The notes beneath the pieces were generated by a model. The model was not told the DNA's origin. It made no database searches and saw only the letters and a list, made by a program, of their open reading frames with translations. A stretch of DNA of 52,035 nt, taken from contig CAYMCH010000001.1 in the NCBI GenBank assembly GCA_964389035.1, forward strand, positions 1 to 52,035, given 5' to 3'. Of this stretch, positions 1 through 11,200 are shown piece after piece (the first letter of the stretch is position 1; every line of letters begins with the position of its first letter). The stretch is from an uncultured Candidatus Saccharibacteria bacterium. GTDB lineage: Bacteria > Patescibacteriota > UBA1384 > XYA2-FULL-43-10. A program made the position numbers and the translations under genes.

Positions 1-295
1 GGCTAGGGCCAAAATATATCATTAAAGACAAGAATAAAAGCGCTGTGGCTCCTTCCACAGCAGGATATTGCCATGATAGTTTCCTTTTGCACGATCGGCA
101 TCTGCCACGCAATAGCACAAAACTTAAGATAGGGACCAAGTCATACCATGCAATCTCTTTTTGGCAGTGCTTGCATTTAGATCTGGTATCAACTATGCTT
201 TTTAAATCGTCTATGCGAAATATCACCACATTCAAAAAGCTGCCAATTGCTAATCCTGCCGCAATAGCTACAATTTCCCAATAAGCTAAACTCAT
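1..295 (-). CDS. pilD: Prepilin peptidase (A24 family), N-terminal part; gene runs off the left edge
   Basis: Minus-strand ATG at 293-295; absent from the ORF track because the ORF is truncated by the window. Translation MSLAYWEIVAIAAGLAIGSFLNVVIFRIDD...SKCKHCQKEIAWYDLVPILSFVLLRGRCRSCKRKLSWQYPAVE shows the GSFLNV and CxxC...CxxC N-terminal pattern of PilD-type peptidases. It lies directly downstream of two pilin genes. Confidence 0.85.
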   Translation of the reverse strand, partial: MSLAYWEIVAIAAGLAIGSFLNVVIFRIDDLKSIVDTRSKCKHCQKEIAWYDLVPILSFVLLRGRCRSCKRKLSWQYPAVEGATALLFLSLMIYFGPS

Positions 296-314
296 AGTCT
301 CTTTCTGATTAATT

Positions 315-352
315 CTGATAGAACTCCCCAAGTTTTGGGGAGTCTATATCAG
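315..352 (-). promoter_or_regulatory. Imperfect ~16-bp stem-loop between the distal pilin gene and pilD (possible attenuator or mRNA stabiliser)
   Basis: ctgatagaactcccca-agtt-tggggagtctatatcag. The 8-bp core ACTCCCCA/TGGGGAGT is perfect. No U-tract follows on the minus strand, so it is not a canonical terminator. Confidence 0.35.
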
Positions 353-358
353 AGCCAA

Positions 359-877
359 TTAGTCGTTAACTAAACCATAATCGTAATTTACTGTATCTTC
401 ACCAACGTCCATTGCTGTTCTCATCACATCACCAGTAGCGCCATCTAATGGAATAGTGTGAGCAGAATTGTCAACGCTACCATGATCAGAGTCATTATTA
501 TTTTCAAGATCACAGATTATAGCGAACCCATCTCTGGCAGTATTTGCAGCGTAGTAATACGGATTAGTCGCTCTTGTATCTGCTGGCAATTTCTTAATAT
601 AAGCTGTTACTAAAGTCGCCTCAAATGCAGTTGGTGTTTCTGTCGCAGAGGGGGTCATGCTAATAAACGTATTAGCGGTCCCAGTTGGAAATAATTCATT
701 GTTGTCAGACTGGTACATCGCTAAAGCGCTCTTAATTGACCTCAAGTCGCTTTTTCTGTTAGCGTCGCGAGCTTTTGTTCTTGCGCCGTTAACGGCTACC
801 AATACCATGGAAGCCAAGATGCCGATGATGGCAATAACCACCAGCAGCTCTATAAGTGTAAAACCTCGTTTCTTCAT
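359..877 (-). CDS. Type IV pilin / pseudopilin (class III signal peptide)
   Basis: N-terminus MKKRG|[17 protein letters not shown] is the prepilin cleavage/methylation motif plus hydrophobic helix. RBS GGAGGAG lies upstream of the ATG. Confidence 0.85.
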   Translation of the reverse strand: MKKRGFTLIELLVVIAIIGILASMVLVAVNGARTKARDANRKSDLRSIKSALAMYQSDNNELFPTGTANTFISMTPSATETPTAFEATLVTAYIKKLPADTRATNPYYYAANTARDGFAIICDLENNNDSDHGSVDNSAHTIPLDGATGDVMRTAMDVGEDTVNYDYGLVND

Positions 878-897
878 ATCTCCTCCAATTAATAAAA

Positions 898-1383
898 TTA
901 TTTACAATTATTAGTTACAGTCGCACCGCTAGCAGTTGGTGCGCAGCTAATATTTAGGGAAGAATCATTCTCGTGCTCAAGCGGGGAAAACAGGGGATTA
1001 GTCGTCTCGCCAGAAACAGCTGTAGTGCTTGAATTGCCATCTAGCCTTGTAACACCACTTGTTGCAACTACAACATAATAAGAGTTGTAGCCAGATAGCT
1101 TGCCTGGCCAATTAGCTGATACTTGACCGCCATCTAAACAAGCATTACTAGATGGTGTTTCAATCGGATTCGCTGATGTTCCCATAGTAGCGACCTTATT
1201 GCTTTCATCTGCATCCCTACACAAAGCAACTGCTGACAAGACTCTATTTATACTTTCGAGGGCAGCTGATCTCTGAGCCTTTGGCTTAGCATTGGACAAA
1301 GAAACAAGTATTATAGTAGCTAATATTCCAATAATTGCTATTGCTACCAACAACTCTATTAATGTAAAACCTTTTTTCTTCAT
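898..1383 (-). CDS. Type IV pilin / pseudopilin (class III signal peptide)
   Basis: N-terminus MKKKG|[31 protein letters not shown] lies before the ATG. Confidence 0.85.
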   Translation of the reverse strand: MKKKGFTLIELLVAIAIIGILATIILVSLSNAKPKAQRSAALESINRVLSAVALCRDADESNKVATMGTSANPIETPSSNACLDGGQVSANWPGKLSGYNSYYVVVATSGVTRLDGNSSTTAVSGETTNPLFSPLEHENDSSLNISCAPTASGATVTNNCK

Positions 1384-1455
1384 TCTTTCCTCCTATTTTT
1401 TACAGTCTTGATCGACCCCTCCAGTTAACGGCAAGACCTGATAATATTTGTAATA

Positions 1456-1488
1456 ATTTCTATTTGTTACGCGTCAGCAAATAGAAAT
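1456..1488 (-). promoter_or_regulatory. 11-bp perfect stem-loop in the pilC-pilin spacer
   Basis: atttctatttg (1456-1466) pairs with caaatagaaat (1478-1488), with an 11-nt loop. It is followed on the minus strand by an AU-rich stretch but no clean U-run. Confidence 0.3.
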
Positions 1489-1494
1489 CAAATA

Positions 1495-2691
1495 TTATTG
1501 TAATTGTGCAATTGAATAAATCGGAACCAACACCGCAAATATCAATACGGCAACTCCGCCTCCAATAATTAATAATATAATTGGCTCTATAAGACTGGAA
1601 ATTGATTTAATACGAGTAGAAGTTTCTGATTCGTAAAACTCGGCTACTTTTGACAAAACTTGATCAAGTTTACCAGTTTGCTCACCTACCGCTACCATTT
1701 GACCGATAAATTTTGGGAAATATTCGTTTCTCTGCATCGGTGTAGAAAGTGGCACCCCTCTTTCTACTTCTATTACCATCCCGTTTATCTCCTCTTCTAG
1801 CAAAGTATTATTGATAGTACTAGACATAATTTTTAGGGCATCGAGTAAAGGCACACCCGATTTAATAAGCATCTCCATAATTCGTGCGAAACGAGACATA
1901 TACACACCAAACAATAAACCTTTTATCCCAGGTATCGTTAATTGAAGCATACCTATAGTTCTAACTCCAACTTCTGACATAGTAAACACCTTAGCAACCA
2001 CAACAATAAGAATAATAATTATCAATACCAACCACCATTTAGCTTGCATAAAATCAGATGATGCTAACATAGCTCTGGTCGCCCAAGGTAATTCGGCACC
2101 AGATTTATCAAATAAATTTTTTAGTTGCGGGATAACTTTTATCAGCATATACCCGCCAATAACAATAAGTGCAAAAAGAATAAATATCGGGTAATACATA
2201 GCGCCTTTTATCTTTGAGATAAAATCATTATCATTTTCTAACCTATCTGCTGTTTGAGACAACACTACATCTAAATTACCAGTTGTTTCACCTGATTTGA
2301 CAATACTAATAAAAACTCTGTCGAATACTTCTGGGTGTTTGGCTAAAGCAGTCGAAAAACTTTGACCTTCTTCGATATCTTTGTAGATAGTGTAATATAT
2401 GTCTTTTAGATTGTCGTTACGCGCATTGTTTGCAGCTACACTCACAGCTTTGCTTAAAGTAAGACCTGCATCTACCATAGTAGCTAGCTGACGCGCAAAT
2501 ACAGCTCTATCACGCGTATTTGCCTTGAATCTAAAAAAACTCGAAAAATCGAAAGTTTTTTCAGCAATAATATCCATGGCAATGAGCTTATTATCAAATA
2601 ATATCTTTTCAGCTTCAAACTCATTGTTCGCTTGAACAGTGCCAGTAACTACATCGCCTTTCCCATTTTTTGCTTTATATAAAAATTTCAT
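1495..2691 (-). CDS. pilC: Type IV pilus platform protein PilC (GspF family)
   Basis: 398 aa. Duplicated GspF-type architecture: a cytoplasmic helical domain followed by TM segments, twice. Sits between pilT and the pilin genes. Confidence 0.9.
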   Translation of the reverse strand: MKFLYKAKNGKGDVVTGTVQANNEFEAEKILFDNKLIAMDIIAEKTFDFSSFFRFKANTRDRAVFARQLATMVDAGLTLSKAVSVAANNARNDNLKDIYYTIYKDIEEGQSFSTALAKHPEVFDRVFISIVKSGETTGNLDVVLSQTADRLENDNDFISKIKGAMYYPIFILFALIVIGGYMLIKVIPQLKNLFDKSGAELPWATRAMLASSDFMQAKWWLVLIIIILIVVVAKVFTMSEVGVRTIGMLQLTIPGIKGLLFGVYMSRFARIMEMLIKSGVPLLDALKIMSSTINNTLLEEEINGMVIEVERGVPLSTPMQRNEYFPKFIGQMVAVGEQTGKLDQVLSKVAEFYESETSTRIKSISSLIEPIILLIIGGGVAVLIFAVLVPIYSIAQLQ

Positions 2692-2909
2692 TTGTTATTA
2701 AATAGCTACATTGAGAAGCTATATTGTGGATCCTTTATACCTCAGGATGACAATTTGTATCATAATCCTTGATTCATAATTGTTATTCATTATTCAACAT
2801 TTTGCGTTTATCATTTATCGTTTTGCGTTAACGGTTAGCTGACAAATATTATTTCTGTATTCTGTATTCTTTCCACTTGATGCACTCTCTACTTACTACT
2901 ATCTACCCA

Positions 2910-3980
2910 CTAATAAACCATCATCTTCAAACTCTTGGGATCAACTGACCATGTTAGAGCATCTTCTAGGGTAATTTCTCCTCTAGACACTAGCTCAGCC
3001 AATACTTTATCTAAACTTATCATACCTTCAGATGCAGCTGTTTGTATAATATTTGGGATTTGATGAATTTTATTTTCTCTTATCAAACTCTTTATTGCAG
3101 AATTTGCAATCATTATCTCGGCGGCAAGCACTCTACCACCATTTACCCTAGGAATTAATCTTTGCGACACTACTCCTAAAAGCACACTTGCTAATTGGCT
3201 TCTAACTTGCTGCTGCTGGTGCGGAGGAAATACGCTAACCATACGATCGGCAGTTTGAGCGGCTGAGTTTGTATGTAAGGTGGTAAATACCAAATGACCT
3301 GTTTCTGCCAATGTTAGAGCTGCATCAATAGTTTCTAAATCACGCATTTCACCAACCAACACTACATCTGGATCTTCGCGCAGACTCGAACGCAAAGCAC
3401 GAGCAAAGGTGTTGGTATCTTGCCCTACCTCGCGTTGTGATACAATACTTTTTTTATGTTCAAACACATATTCAATAGGGTCTTCAATGGTAATAATATG
3501 CTCTCTGCGCTCTTCATTTATTTTATCAATCATCGCCGCCAAAGTAGTTGATTTACCACTACCAGTAGGACCAGTAATAATAACGAAACCTTGGCTATGT
3601 TCGGTAAATTTCTCTAATATTGGAGGCAAACCCAATTCCTTAAACGGCTTGATGGCACTTGAAATCAAACGAAAAGAAGCTGCGATATTTCCTTTTTGAT
3701 AATAAAGATTGACACGAAACCTCATGTCCTTGAAACCAAAGGAAAAATCAACCTCTTTTTTTTGATCTAGAGCGCCCATCAGTGTGTCATCTGCCACATC
3801 GGAAATTAATTCTTTGGCTTTAGCAGAAGTTAAGGGAGCTACATCTGGAATGGAAAATAATTTGCCATCTACTCTTAATGTTACTGGGATTCCGACATTT
3901 ATATGAATATCGGAAGCGTGTTTAGAAATTGCATAATCTAAATATGCACTCATCTCAGAACCAGCTTTTACTTCAGACAT
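2910..3980 (-). CDS. pilT: Type IV pilus retraction ATPase PilT
   Basis: 356 aa. Walker A GPTGSGKST, Asp box, Walker B DPDVVLVGEMRD and His box TGHLVFTTLHT. Size and lack of an N-terminal extension fit PilT. RBS GGAGGGG. Confidence 0.9.
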   Translation of the reverse strand: MSEVKAGSEMSAYLDYAISKHASDIHINVGIPVTLRVDGKLFSIPDVAPLTSAKAKELISDVADDTLMGALDQKKEVDFSFGFKDMRFRVNLYYQKGNIAASFRLISSAIKPFKELGLPPILEKFTEHSQGFVIITGPTGSGKSTTLAAMIDKINEERREHIITIEDPIEYVFEHKKSIVSQREVGQDTNTFARALRSSLREDPDVVLVGEMRDLETIDAALTLAETGHLVFTTLHTNSAAQTADRMVSVFPPHQQQQVRSQLASVLLGVVSQRLIPRVNGGRVLAAEIMIANSAIKSLIRENKIHQIPNIIQTAASEGMISLDKVLAELVSRGEITLEDALTWSVDPKSLKMMVY

Positions 3981-4046
3981 TTCCCCTCCGATTAAATTAT
4001 CTTAATAAAATTATATATTTTACTATCGCTGCGGTCAATACAGGTT

Positions 4047-6473
4047 TTATCCTGAAGTCGCACGATACACCTCATCTATTGTAGTAATTCCTTCCATACA
4101 TTTCAATAAACCATCTTGACGCATAGATATCATACCATCTTCTATGGCCGCACTACGAATATCGTTGGAACTTCTTTTGTCAATTGCTAATGCTTCAACT
4201 TTTTCTGTCATCCGCAATACTTCAAATATACCGACTCTACCTTTATAACCATTATTACACTCGCTACACCCCACTCCATGATAAAATTTGAAATCAGGCT
4301 TCAAGCGAGCCAAATCACGCTTGTTGTTCTTGGGCATGCTGTCCAATTCTCTTTTGATTGTCTCGATTAAGGATTGTGGCACTTTCATTTCTTCTTTGCA
4401 TTTCGGACAAATTCTTCTGACTAACCTTTGGGCAATTATCTCATTGATCGATGATGTTATTAGAAAAGGTTCAATCCCCATATTTGTCAATCTCGGCAAA
4501 GCACCAGAAGCGTCGTTGGTATGCAAAGTAGATAGTACCAAATGTCCTGTTAATGCTGCATGTGTTGCCATAGCAGCTGTTTCTCCGTCACGGACCTCGC
4601 CCACCATCACAACATTTGGATCCTGTCTCAGCACACTTCGTAAACCTTCAGCAAAAGTAAAACCGATAGCAGGTTTGATCTGGCATTGATTAACACCCGG
4701 GATCTCGTATTCGACAGGATCTTCCAAAGTAACTATATTCACCGAAGGAGTGCTAATTCTATTTAATATTGCATAAAGAGTAGTTGACTTGCCACTCCCA
4801 GTGGGTCCTGTGGATAAAATAACTCCGTAAGGTTTAGCAATATTTTCAATTGTCAATTCAAAAGCTCTGCCAGTCATACCCAGATCTTCAAGCGACAATA
4901 CTCCTTGATCTTTGTCTAAAACCCTCATTACGATTTTCTCGCCGTGAACTGTCGGCAAAGCTGAAACACGAACATCAACTTGATTGTGTTTAAAACTTAC
5001 ATCAAATCTACCATCTTGTGGGATTCTGGTTTCATCAATTTTCATCTTTCCTAAAATCTTGATCCTGCTTACAATTGAAGGGTGCATTTCTAGTGGTAAT
5101 TTGGCTATATCTCGTAATACACCATCAACTCGATATCTTATTCTCAAATCCTTTGCTCCTGCCTCTACATGCACATCGGAGCTTCGTAAAAATAATGCGT
5201 AATTGATAATAGCAGCCACAACTTTAGGTATATACCTTTCTGATAATATCTTTCTTAGCTCTTCTTCATTTTGAATATTTCCATCAAGCAAGTTGCCAAT
5301 TTCAGCCTCATCGCTCTGTGACACATTTATTTTTGCTTGTTGAGATTCATCTTTTGGAGATTCTTCTATCGTGATAGGGTCATGATCTTCTTGATTAATT
5401 AATATTTCTTGACTCTTATCCTGTTGCTTAATAGCATTATTGTTGTTTGATTGATCGGGTATCAATGAACCGATAGATTTTCCCTCATCGCCTGTTTCAC
5501 TATGTATTGCATCAACAGTAATAGCAGGCACATCTTCTTTTTTACCTTTAAATCCAGAAAATATTCCTGATAATGAAATTGTTTCATCGTCTGTATTTGA
5601 TTCTTCAGACTGGTTTTTTTTATCATTTGATGGTTTGTCATCATTTTCAATAGATTCTTCAATATGTTCATATTTCTTTTCAAGAGAATCATCTTGATAA
5701 TGCTCGATGATATAATCGATATCTTCTCCAGAAGTAGCAAAAAGTTGAATTGATACGTTATTTTGTTTCTGAATATAATCAACAGATCTTCTCACCTCTG
5801 AGTCATCTGGTCTTTCTGCCGCCATAAAAAAATTTCTGTCATCTCTTTGATCAAATATTACTGCTCGATGTTTCTTTACAAAATCTATAGGCAGTTTTTG
5901 GATCAATGTTTTGGATATATTTTGGTTTCTTAAAAATACTACCGGAAATCTTGATAAATTAAGTTGATTTTCAACATTCTTACCATTATATTGTTTTATC
6001 ACTTCATTGAAATCATCTGGTCCTGTAATAAATAATACCATGGTGTAAGGACTATTAGCCATCACATTTTCCATACCTTCTCTAAAAGATTGATTGAGCT
6101 CAGAAGGTCTCGATACAGCTAGTTGTAAGTTGTTACCATTCAAACCAAAAGCAATTATACCGTACTTTTGAGCTATTTTTTGTGGAATAATATTTAATAT
6201 GCTCGGCTCAATTCTAGTATTAGTTAAAGAAATATAGGGGATTTTCAATAAAATGCTGTAAGCTTTGTTAATTGTTTCCCGAGTAACAACCCTATTGTCC
6301 AATAAAACTTTTTCAAGATCTCTATTTGTTCTAAATCTATTTTTTAAACTCTCAGAATCTTCATTAGATATTAATCCTTGAATTACAAAAACATCCAAGA
6401 TCGATTGCATAGGAATACCTTGGATCATTAATCCACTCGAAAAAAAGCTGTTTTGAAAAACTTGTTTTGGCAT
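4047..6473 (-). CDS. pilB: Type IV pilus assembly ATPase PilB (GspE family) with long N-terminal extension
   Basis: C-terminal 400 aa carry GPTGSGKST, DPNVVMVGEVRD, TGHLVLSTLHT and the tetracysteine CPKC...CSEC motif of GspE/PilB. The N-terminal half has GspE-N-like regions. The true start may be the internal Met at 6410 (MQSILDVFVIQGLIS). Confidence 0.9.
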   Translation of the reverse strand: MPKQVFQNSFFSSGLMIQGIPMQSILDVFVIQGLISNEDSESLKNRFRTNRDLEKVLLDNRVVTRETINKAYSILLKIPYISLTNTRIEPSILNIIPQKIAQKYGIIAFGLNGNNLQLAVSRPSELNQSFREGMENVMANSPYTMVLFITGPDDFNEVIKQYNGKNVENQLNLSRFPVVFLRNQNISKTLIQKLPIDFVKKHRAVIFDQRDDRNFFMAAERPDDSEVRRSVDYIQKQNNVSIQLFATSGEDIDYIIEHYQDDSLEKKYEHIEESIENDDKPSNDKKNQSEESNTDDETISLSGIFSGFKGKKEDVPAITVDAIHSETGDEGKSIGSLIPDQSNNNNAIKQQDKSQEILINQEDHDPITIEESPKDESQQAKINVSQSDEAEIGNLLDGNIQNEEELRKILSERYIPKVVAAIINYALFLRSSDVHVEAGAKDLRIRYRVDGVLRDIAKLPLEMHPSIVSRIKILGKMKIDETRIPQDGRFDVSFKHNQVDVRVSALPTVHGEKIVMRVLDKDQGVLSLEDLGMTGRAFELTIENIAKPYGVILSTGPTGSGKSTTLYAILNRISTPSVNIVTLEDPVEYEIPGVNQCQIKPAIGFTFAEGLRSVLRQDPNVVMVGEVRDGETAAMATHAALTGHLVLSTLHTNDASGALPRLTNMGIEPFLITSSINEIIAQRLVRRICPKCKEEMKVPQSLIETIKRELDSMPKNNKRDLARLKPDFKFYHGVGCSECNNGYKGRVGIFEVLRMTEKVEALAIDKRSSNDIRSAAIEDGMISMRQDGLLKCMEGITTIDEVYRATSG

Positions 6474-6540
6474 TATTAATAATGTCCGTTATATTACTTT
6501 CTCAATAACCGATCTATTAAAGCTTTCTCCTTATTAATCA

Positions 6541-6568
6541 CAAAAAATACGCAGCTTATTTTGCTGCG
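6541..6568 (-). terminator. Putative intrinsic terminator/attenuator upstream of pilB
   Basis: On the minus strand the hairpin CGCAGC-aaaataa-GCTGCG is followed by UAUUUUUU. Confidence 0.45.
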
Positions 6569-6632
6569 AACATTAAACATTATACGCAATTTACCTTTGA
6601 TCTCATTTTGCCCCTCATAAATTTTATTTTAT

Positions 6633-6899
6633 TTACTCAGGGTCATTAAATGGGTTCTCTCTCCCCATTTTATCCGTAGGAGTAGGTATTGGAATCCCTG
6701 AATTATTTTGATATTTTGATATTATTTTGATTGCTTGATTTTTTATGCCAGAAATATCAACAGGTGCATATGACGATACAAATGCTTTATTCGAAGTCTG
6801 TTTTGAATCACTCGAAGATCTCCATATAGAATAAAAAGAAGCGATTATTACAATCAAAAAAAATACTGATCCGATTAAACTTAAACTTGATTTTTTCAT
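6633..6899 (-). CDS. Small membrane-anchored protein, pilus-operon associated (unknown function)
   Basis: 88 aa with one N-terminal TM (LSLIGSVFFLIVIIASFY). RBS GAGGTAG. Sits between the PilO-like gene and pilB. Confidence 0.55.
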   Translation of the reverse strand: MKKSSLSLIGSVFFLIVIIASFYSIWRSSSDSKQTSNKAFVSSYAPVDISGIKNQAIKIISKYQNNSGIPIPTPTDKMGRENPFNDPE

Positions 6900-6957
6900 A
6901 CTACCTCACAATATTTTACAAATCTCAAATCTTATTTATATATTTTAAAGCTAGATA

Positions 6958-7506
6958 TTAGTTATCTCCAGAACTGCTTGGAGACATACTGTATGCCTCA
7001 ATATTTAAAGAAAGTGCCATTTTACCTTCATCTGCTAGAGTATAGTTCAGTGACTTAATATTCATAAATTTTATAGATTTTTCCAGAGCTTCGATAAAAC
7101 CATTCAGCTCACCAAATGTGCCTGTAACATTTAGAGCTATAGAAATAGTTTGTCCCGATATGTCTAAATCTGCAGATTGACCCTTAGATATCGAGATTGA
7201 TGGAAGAATAATATTATTTTTCAAAGCGATAGCTTCTAGTTCTGTTATTAAATTCGGTTCATCTGTATTATCGGGTACAGCAACCATGATTGATTTTAAG
7301 GTGGAATCGATAAGTGATAAATCGTTTTTTGTGATATCAAGCGACTCTATTTTTGACGATACATTTGATATTTCTTGGTCTAGATCGCTTAATTTTTTAA
7401 CATTAGCCGCATAAGAGGGACTTATCAGCCTCCAAGATATTATAACTGCTCCAATTGTAAGAATTATTGCTAATAAACTTAATGTAGAAGAATTATTTTT
7501 TTTCAT
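6958..7506 (-). CDS. pilO: PilO-like pilus alignment protein
   Basis: 182 aa. N-terminal TM, a coiled-coil segment, then an alpha/beta C-terminal domain. Position after the PilN-like gene. Assignment rests on architecture and context only. Confidence 0.55.
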   Translation of the reverse strand: MKKNNSSTLSLLAIILTIGAVIISWRLISPSYAANVKKLSDLDQEISNVSSKIESLDITKNDLSLIDSTLKSIMVAVPDNTDEPNLITELEAIALKNNIILPSISISKGQSADLDISGQTISIALNVTGTFGELNGFIEALEKSIKFMNIKSLNYTLADEGKMALSLNIEAYSMSPSSSGDN

Positions 7507-7523
7507 AATTGCTGTCCCTTAAT

Positions 7524-8186
7524 TTAATTTAAATCAGGAGGTTCGTCAGTAAGATCAATATTACTATCTAAAGAACTTGAATCATATGATTCTTCAAAAA
7601 CATCAGTATTATCATCAGCAGTTAAATCTTTTTTAACATTTATTTTGGCAGTGACAGAAAAAGTAACCATTTTTTTGGCATCTTGATCTGAACTTTGACT
7701 TCGGCTTATCCCTCCTACGCTAACCTCGGATACTCGATTGTAACTCTTTAATGCGATCATAAAATCTGCTACATTGCGATACGTTGAGGTTGCTCCGTCT
7801 AACTGCAACACCCCGTCTGAAGAAATCAACAAATTTTGAATAGCTACATCCTTAGTCGTGTATTTGTAAAGCTCTGCTAATAAATCTTTTTTTGTAATTT
7901 GACTATTGCTTATCTGAGAAAATATATCAAAAGCCGTTTTGAATGTATTGGCTTTAGTTTCTATCTGACTATACGAAGGAGATTGCAACTGAGATATTAA
8001 TTCATCGCGAGTTAACTGTTTTTCTTTTACGGAGTTTTCCACAGACTTGCTAAGCATTAATAACATAATTGTGGCTATAAGCGATATTCCAAAAGTCAAC
8101 CACAAAACCACAGGAGCTTTTGAGCTCTTCTTGCTACCATCCATACTAAATTTACTTGTATCGTTATCGAGAAATTTTTCGTTCAT
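7524..8186 (-). CDS. pilN: PilN-like pilus alignment protein
   Basis: Start moved to the ATG at 8184-8186 (MNEKFLD), which is preceded by GGAGGGG. Short cytoplasmic N-terminus, one TM (VVLWLTFGISLIATIMLLML), then a periplasmic domain. Assignment rests on context. Confidence 0.5.
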   Translation of the reverse strand: MNEKFLDNDTSKFSMDGSKKSSKAPVVLWLTFGISLIATIMLLMLSKSVENSVKEKQLTRDELISQLQSPSYSQIETKANTFKTAFDIFSQISNSQITKKDLLAELYKYTTKDVAIQNLLISSDGVLQLDGATSTYRNVADFMIALKSYNRVSEVSVGGISRSQSSDQDAKKMVTFSVTAKINVKKDLTADDNTDVFEESYDSSSLDSNIDLTDEPPDLN

Positions 8187-8259
8187 TTCCCCTCCGTTAT
8201 TGGACAATTCAATTATATAAATTCTATTTAAAATACACAATACCTATAATTATTTTATT

Positions 8260-11200
8260 TTATTGTGCAGAATTATTATTTATAGAAAAGCTTAAATATC
8301 TAAATCCCGGTGGCCATTTATCTTCAGTTTTATAATCATACCTTATATCTAGTTTACCAAAAGTATCAAAACCTTTGAAATCACCTGCCGCTATTGAGCC
8401 TAATATTTTTATGTTTTTGGCCATTACCTTAACAGAATCTCTAACATATACCGACGCCTCCAACTCATTATCTCCTTCTAATATTAAATCACCATTTACA
8501 ATTAACCCTAAATTATTATATGGTTCCCCAATATTACCTTTTACAATTTTAACGCCTTGTCTAAGTGTTAGATTCCCATTAATTATTATTGTACCTTGTC
8601 CATAATAATTATGCACGGAAGTATAATTACCTCCTCCTAAATCTAAGCGCGTATCAATTTTCCACGATTTACCTTGTAACAATGACTCCGCTTGACTATT
8701 GGCAGTATTTGATAAATCATTACCTTGTAGATACCAATTTGGATACAGGTTAGTATTGTTTGCCGTAATAGGTTGAGCTTCTCCTTGCATTGTAGCAATC
8801 TTAGACTCATAATAATCCCCAAAATTTGATATTTGACTCAAAGGATTTGTAGAATAATTTTCTATCTCCCAGCTACTTCCTACGCCACTTGCAACGTCAT
8901 TTGATTGATTCAAGTTATTCCCATAAAACGCAAAGTTTTTAAGATAACTGTCCGAATTATATACATCTCCTGAGATTATGTTCGGTATGATTTGCCTGCA
9001 AGACGATGGGGAGATCTTGATTGTATTGCCTGTATATAATCCTGAAGGCAAATATTCTACGAATGAATGAGGAGAACCAAGTATTGGGGTGGTTTCAGAA
9101 CCATCTGCCCCACAATTTTTATTTGATTGCGTATCAATCCAACCAGGATCAACGTCGGCAAAATTTAATTTTACATTAAATTTAAATATCTCGTCATTTG
9201 GATCCAAGATGTAATCTCTATCAGCAGAATATGCAGTGGGATATATCACACAAGATATTTGCTCATTGCTTGATGAACAACTGTATGTATCATCTTTTTT
9301 TCCTTCAAGCTTTGGTTCAGATAATATTTTTACGCCAGGAGGGAATTTTTGCTGAATTTTTATTGCCATGCCTGAACTTATTCCTGAAATATTGTCAAGA
9401 ATTGGTGATATAGTATTGGATAAATCCGATGTTGAACTCGTTTCGTAATAGGTTTTAATTTTAGGAGATAAAGAATTGGAACGAATATTATTCGTAATAT
9501 CTTGAAATTTTTTCCTGATTATTCCCTTGTTTTTGTTGCTTATTGTTTTTCCAAAATAAGCTGTATGGATAAGATTAACTCCATTGTCTTTGATGTTCTT
9601 TGCGATTGTATTATCTAACAAAGGAATTGTATAATTTTCGCATGTTGTCTCCCCTATTCTGGAAATACAAGGTGAATAAAGCTCGTTAAACGGAGATATA
9701 AATAAGATGTATTGTTGAGCAACATTTCTCTTTTCTCTACCGATAATTCGCATAGCCTCTTCCAAACCTGAGCCAAATGATGTTCCCGAGGCAAGATCTT
9801 TAGATGAATAGTGCATCACTTCATAAGCCATGGTGTGTGGCAACGGGTCACCGTTTTCGTCAAGACCTGCAATAATATCAGAAGAATCAATAAAATTATA
9901 CGCTCCAGAACCACTGCCTCTAGTAAAGGTTTGCACTTGATTTTCAATATTTTCTCCTGATCCCTCGCTCCATATTCCAGTAATGGCTACTCTCATACTC
10001 CTCGGGTATTGCCTATTGATGTCGGCAATCTGCATTAATAAATTTTTTAATGCAGTTCTTAGATTTAATTCTCTATCGTCAGAATTTAAAGCATACAAAT
10101 CAGATACAATAATTAAATCTATGGGCTTACGACGAAAACTAGCTATATCATCCATACCTTGTACGTTTATCTCTAAATTCATATCCTCATTCGCAAATAT
10201 TTTGCTATCGTTACTAGGCTCATTTAGTTGCGGGTAAAGAGCAGATCTATTTTCTGATAGCAAAGATTGAGTTAGGGTTTTATTGTCAGTGTTTATCGCT
10301 TGAGGAATTGACCCCAAATCTAAGAAACTAGAACCGTTTGATCCACTATAGTAAGTTGAAGCAGAAAAACGACTATTTGAATCAATAAATTCTCGAAGTT
10401 TATCCTCATGAGATGCCGTACCTTTAAAATTAAAATTGGTCGTTACGATTTTTACATACCCACCTGATCCTTCAGAAGAAATAGTAGATGTAGCTTGATA
10501 ACCTCCTTTAGCAATAAAAATGTATTGCCCAACAACTTGTGTGTAATTTACATTTACATTGTTTGCCGAAATGAATACTGACCCACCTGAACCTCCAGCA
10601 TAATAATTTTGTGAATTAGATTTTATTGCATTACCATCTCCCCCTGTGACTTTAATAGTAGATAATGCATTATTAAAGTTGACATTACTCGCTCTAATTT
10701 GGATTTTGCCACCTCCGGAACCACCAATAGTCGGTTCATCTCCTAGATAATGCGACGAACCACCTCCTGAGCCAAGTGTATTTGAATAAGCACTACTACC
10801 ATAGTAATTAGCATTTTTATAAATTCTAGTATCGTTATAATATTGCCCCCCGCCACCTGATCCAGCATGAGCTGCGGATTGAGGAACTTTATCTGAAGAT
10901 AAACCGCCAGCAGATCCTAAATCGCTGTTGTATCCACCTGCACGATTATTAGTAAAAGGATTTCCATCATCGCCTCTTCGCAATTCCCCATCATAACCAG
11001 CATATCCCTTACCACTTAAATCAATATTTCCACCATTAAAAATAATATCATTAGTTACAACTAAATCCACTCCAGCATCAATATATCTTTCTGGATTTCC
11101 TGCTGTAATATTTGGATTAATTGTTTTGGCTGATCTTGTGTAATTATGATAAACCTCAGTTGAATATACGGTAGAAGTACCTTTAGAGAAGGGAGAAGAT

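Noticed and set aside
45-284. 79-aa plus-strand ORF in the track
   Set aside because: It lies entirely antisense to the clearly recognisable pilD N-terminus (1..295, minus strand). No RBS and no motif. Shadow ORF.
3409-5782. Track ORFs antisense or out of frame within pilT/pilB (3409..3699, 4288..4689, 4984..5202, 5462..5782). The same applies to similar ORFs inside the giant protein, the ABC genes, holB, argS, tyrS, the PBP, recJ, ftsQ, murB, mraY, ftsI and glyQS.
   Set aside because: All are embedded in much longer ORFs with clear family motifs on the other strand or frame. These are typical shadow ORFs of AT-rich DNA.
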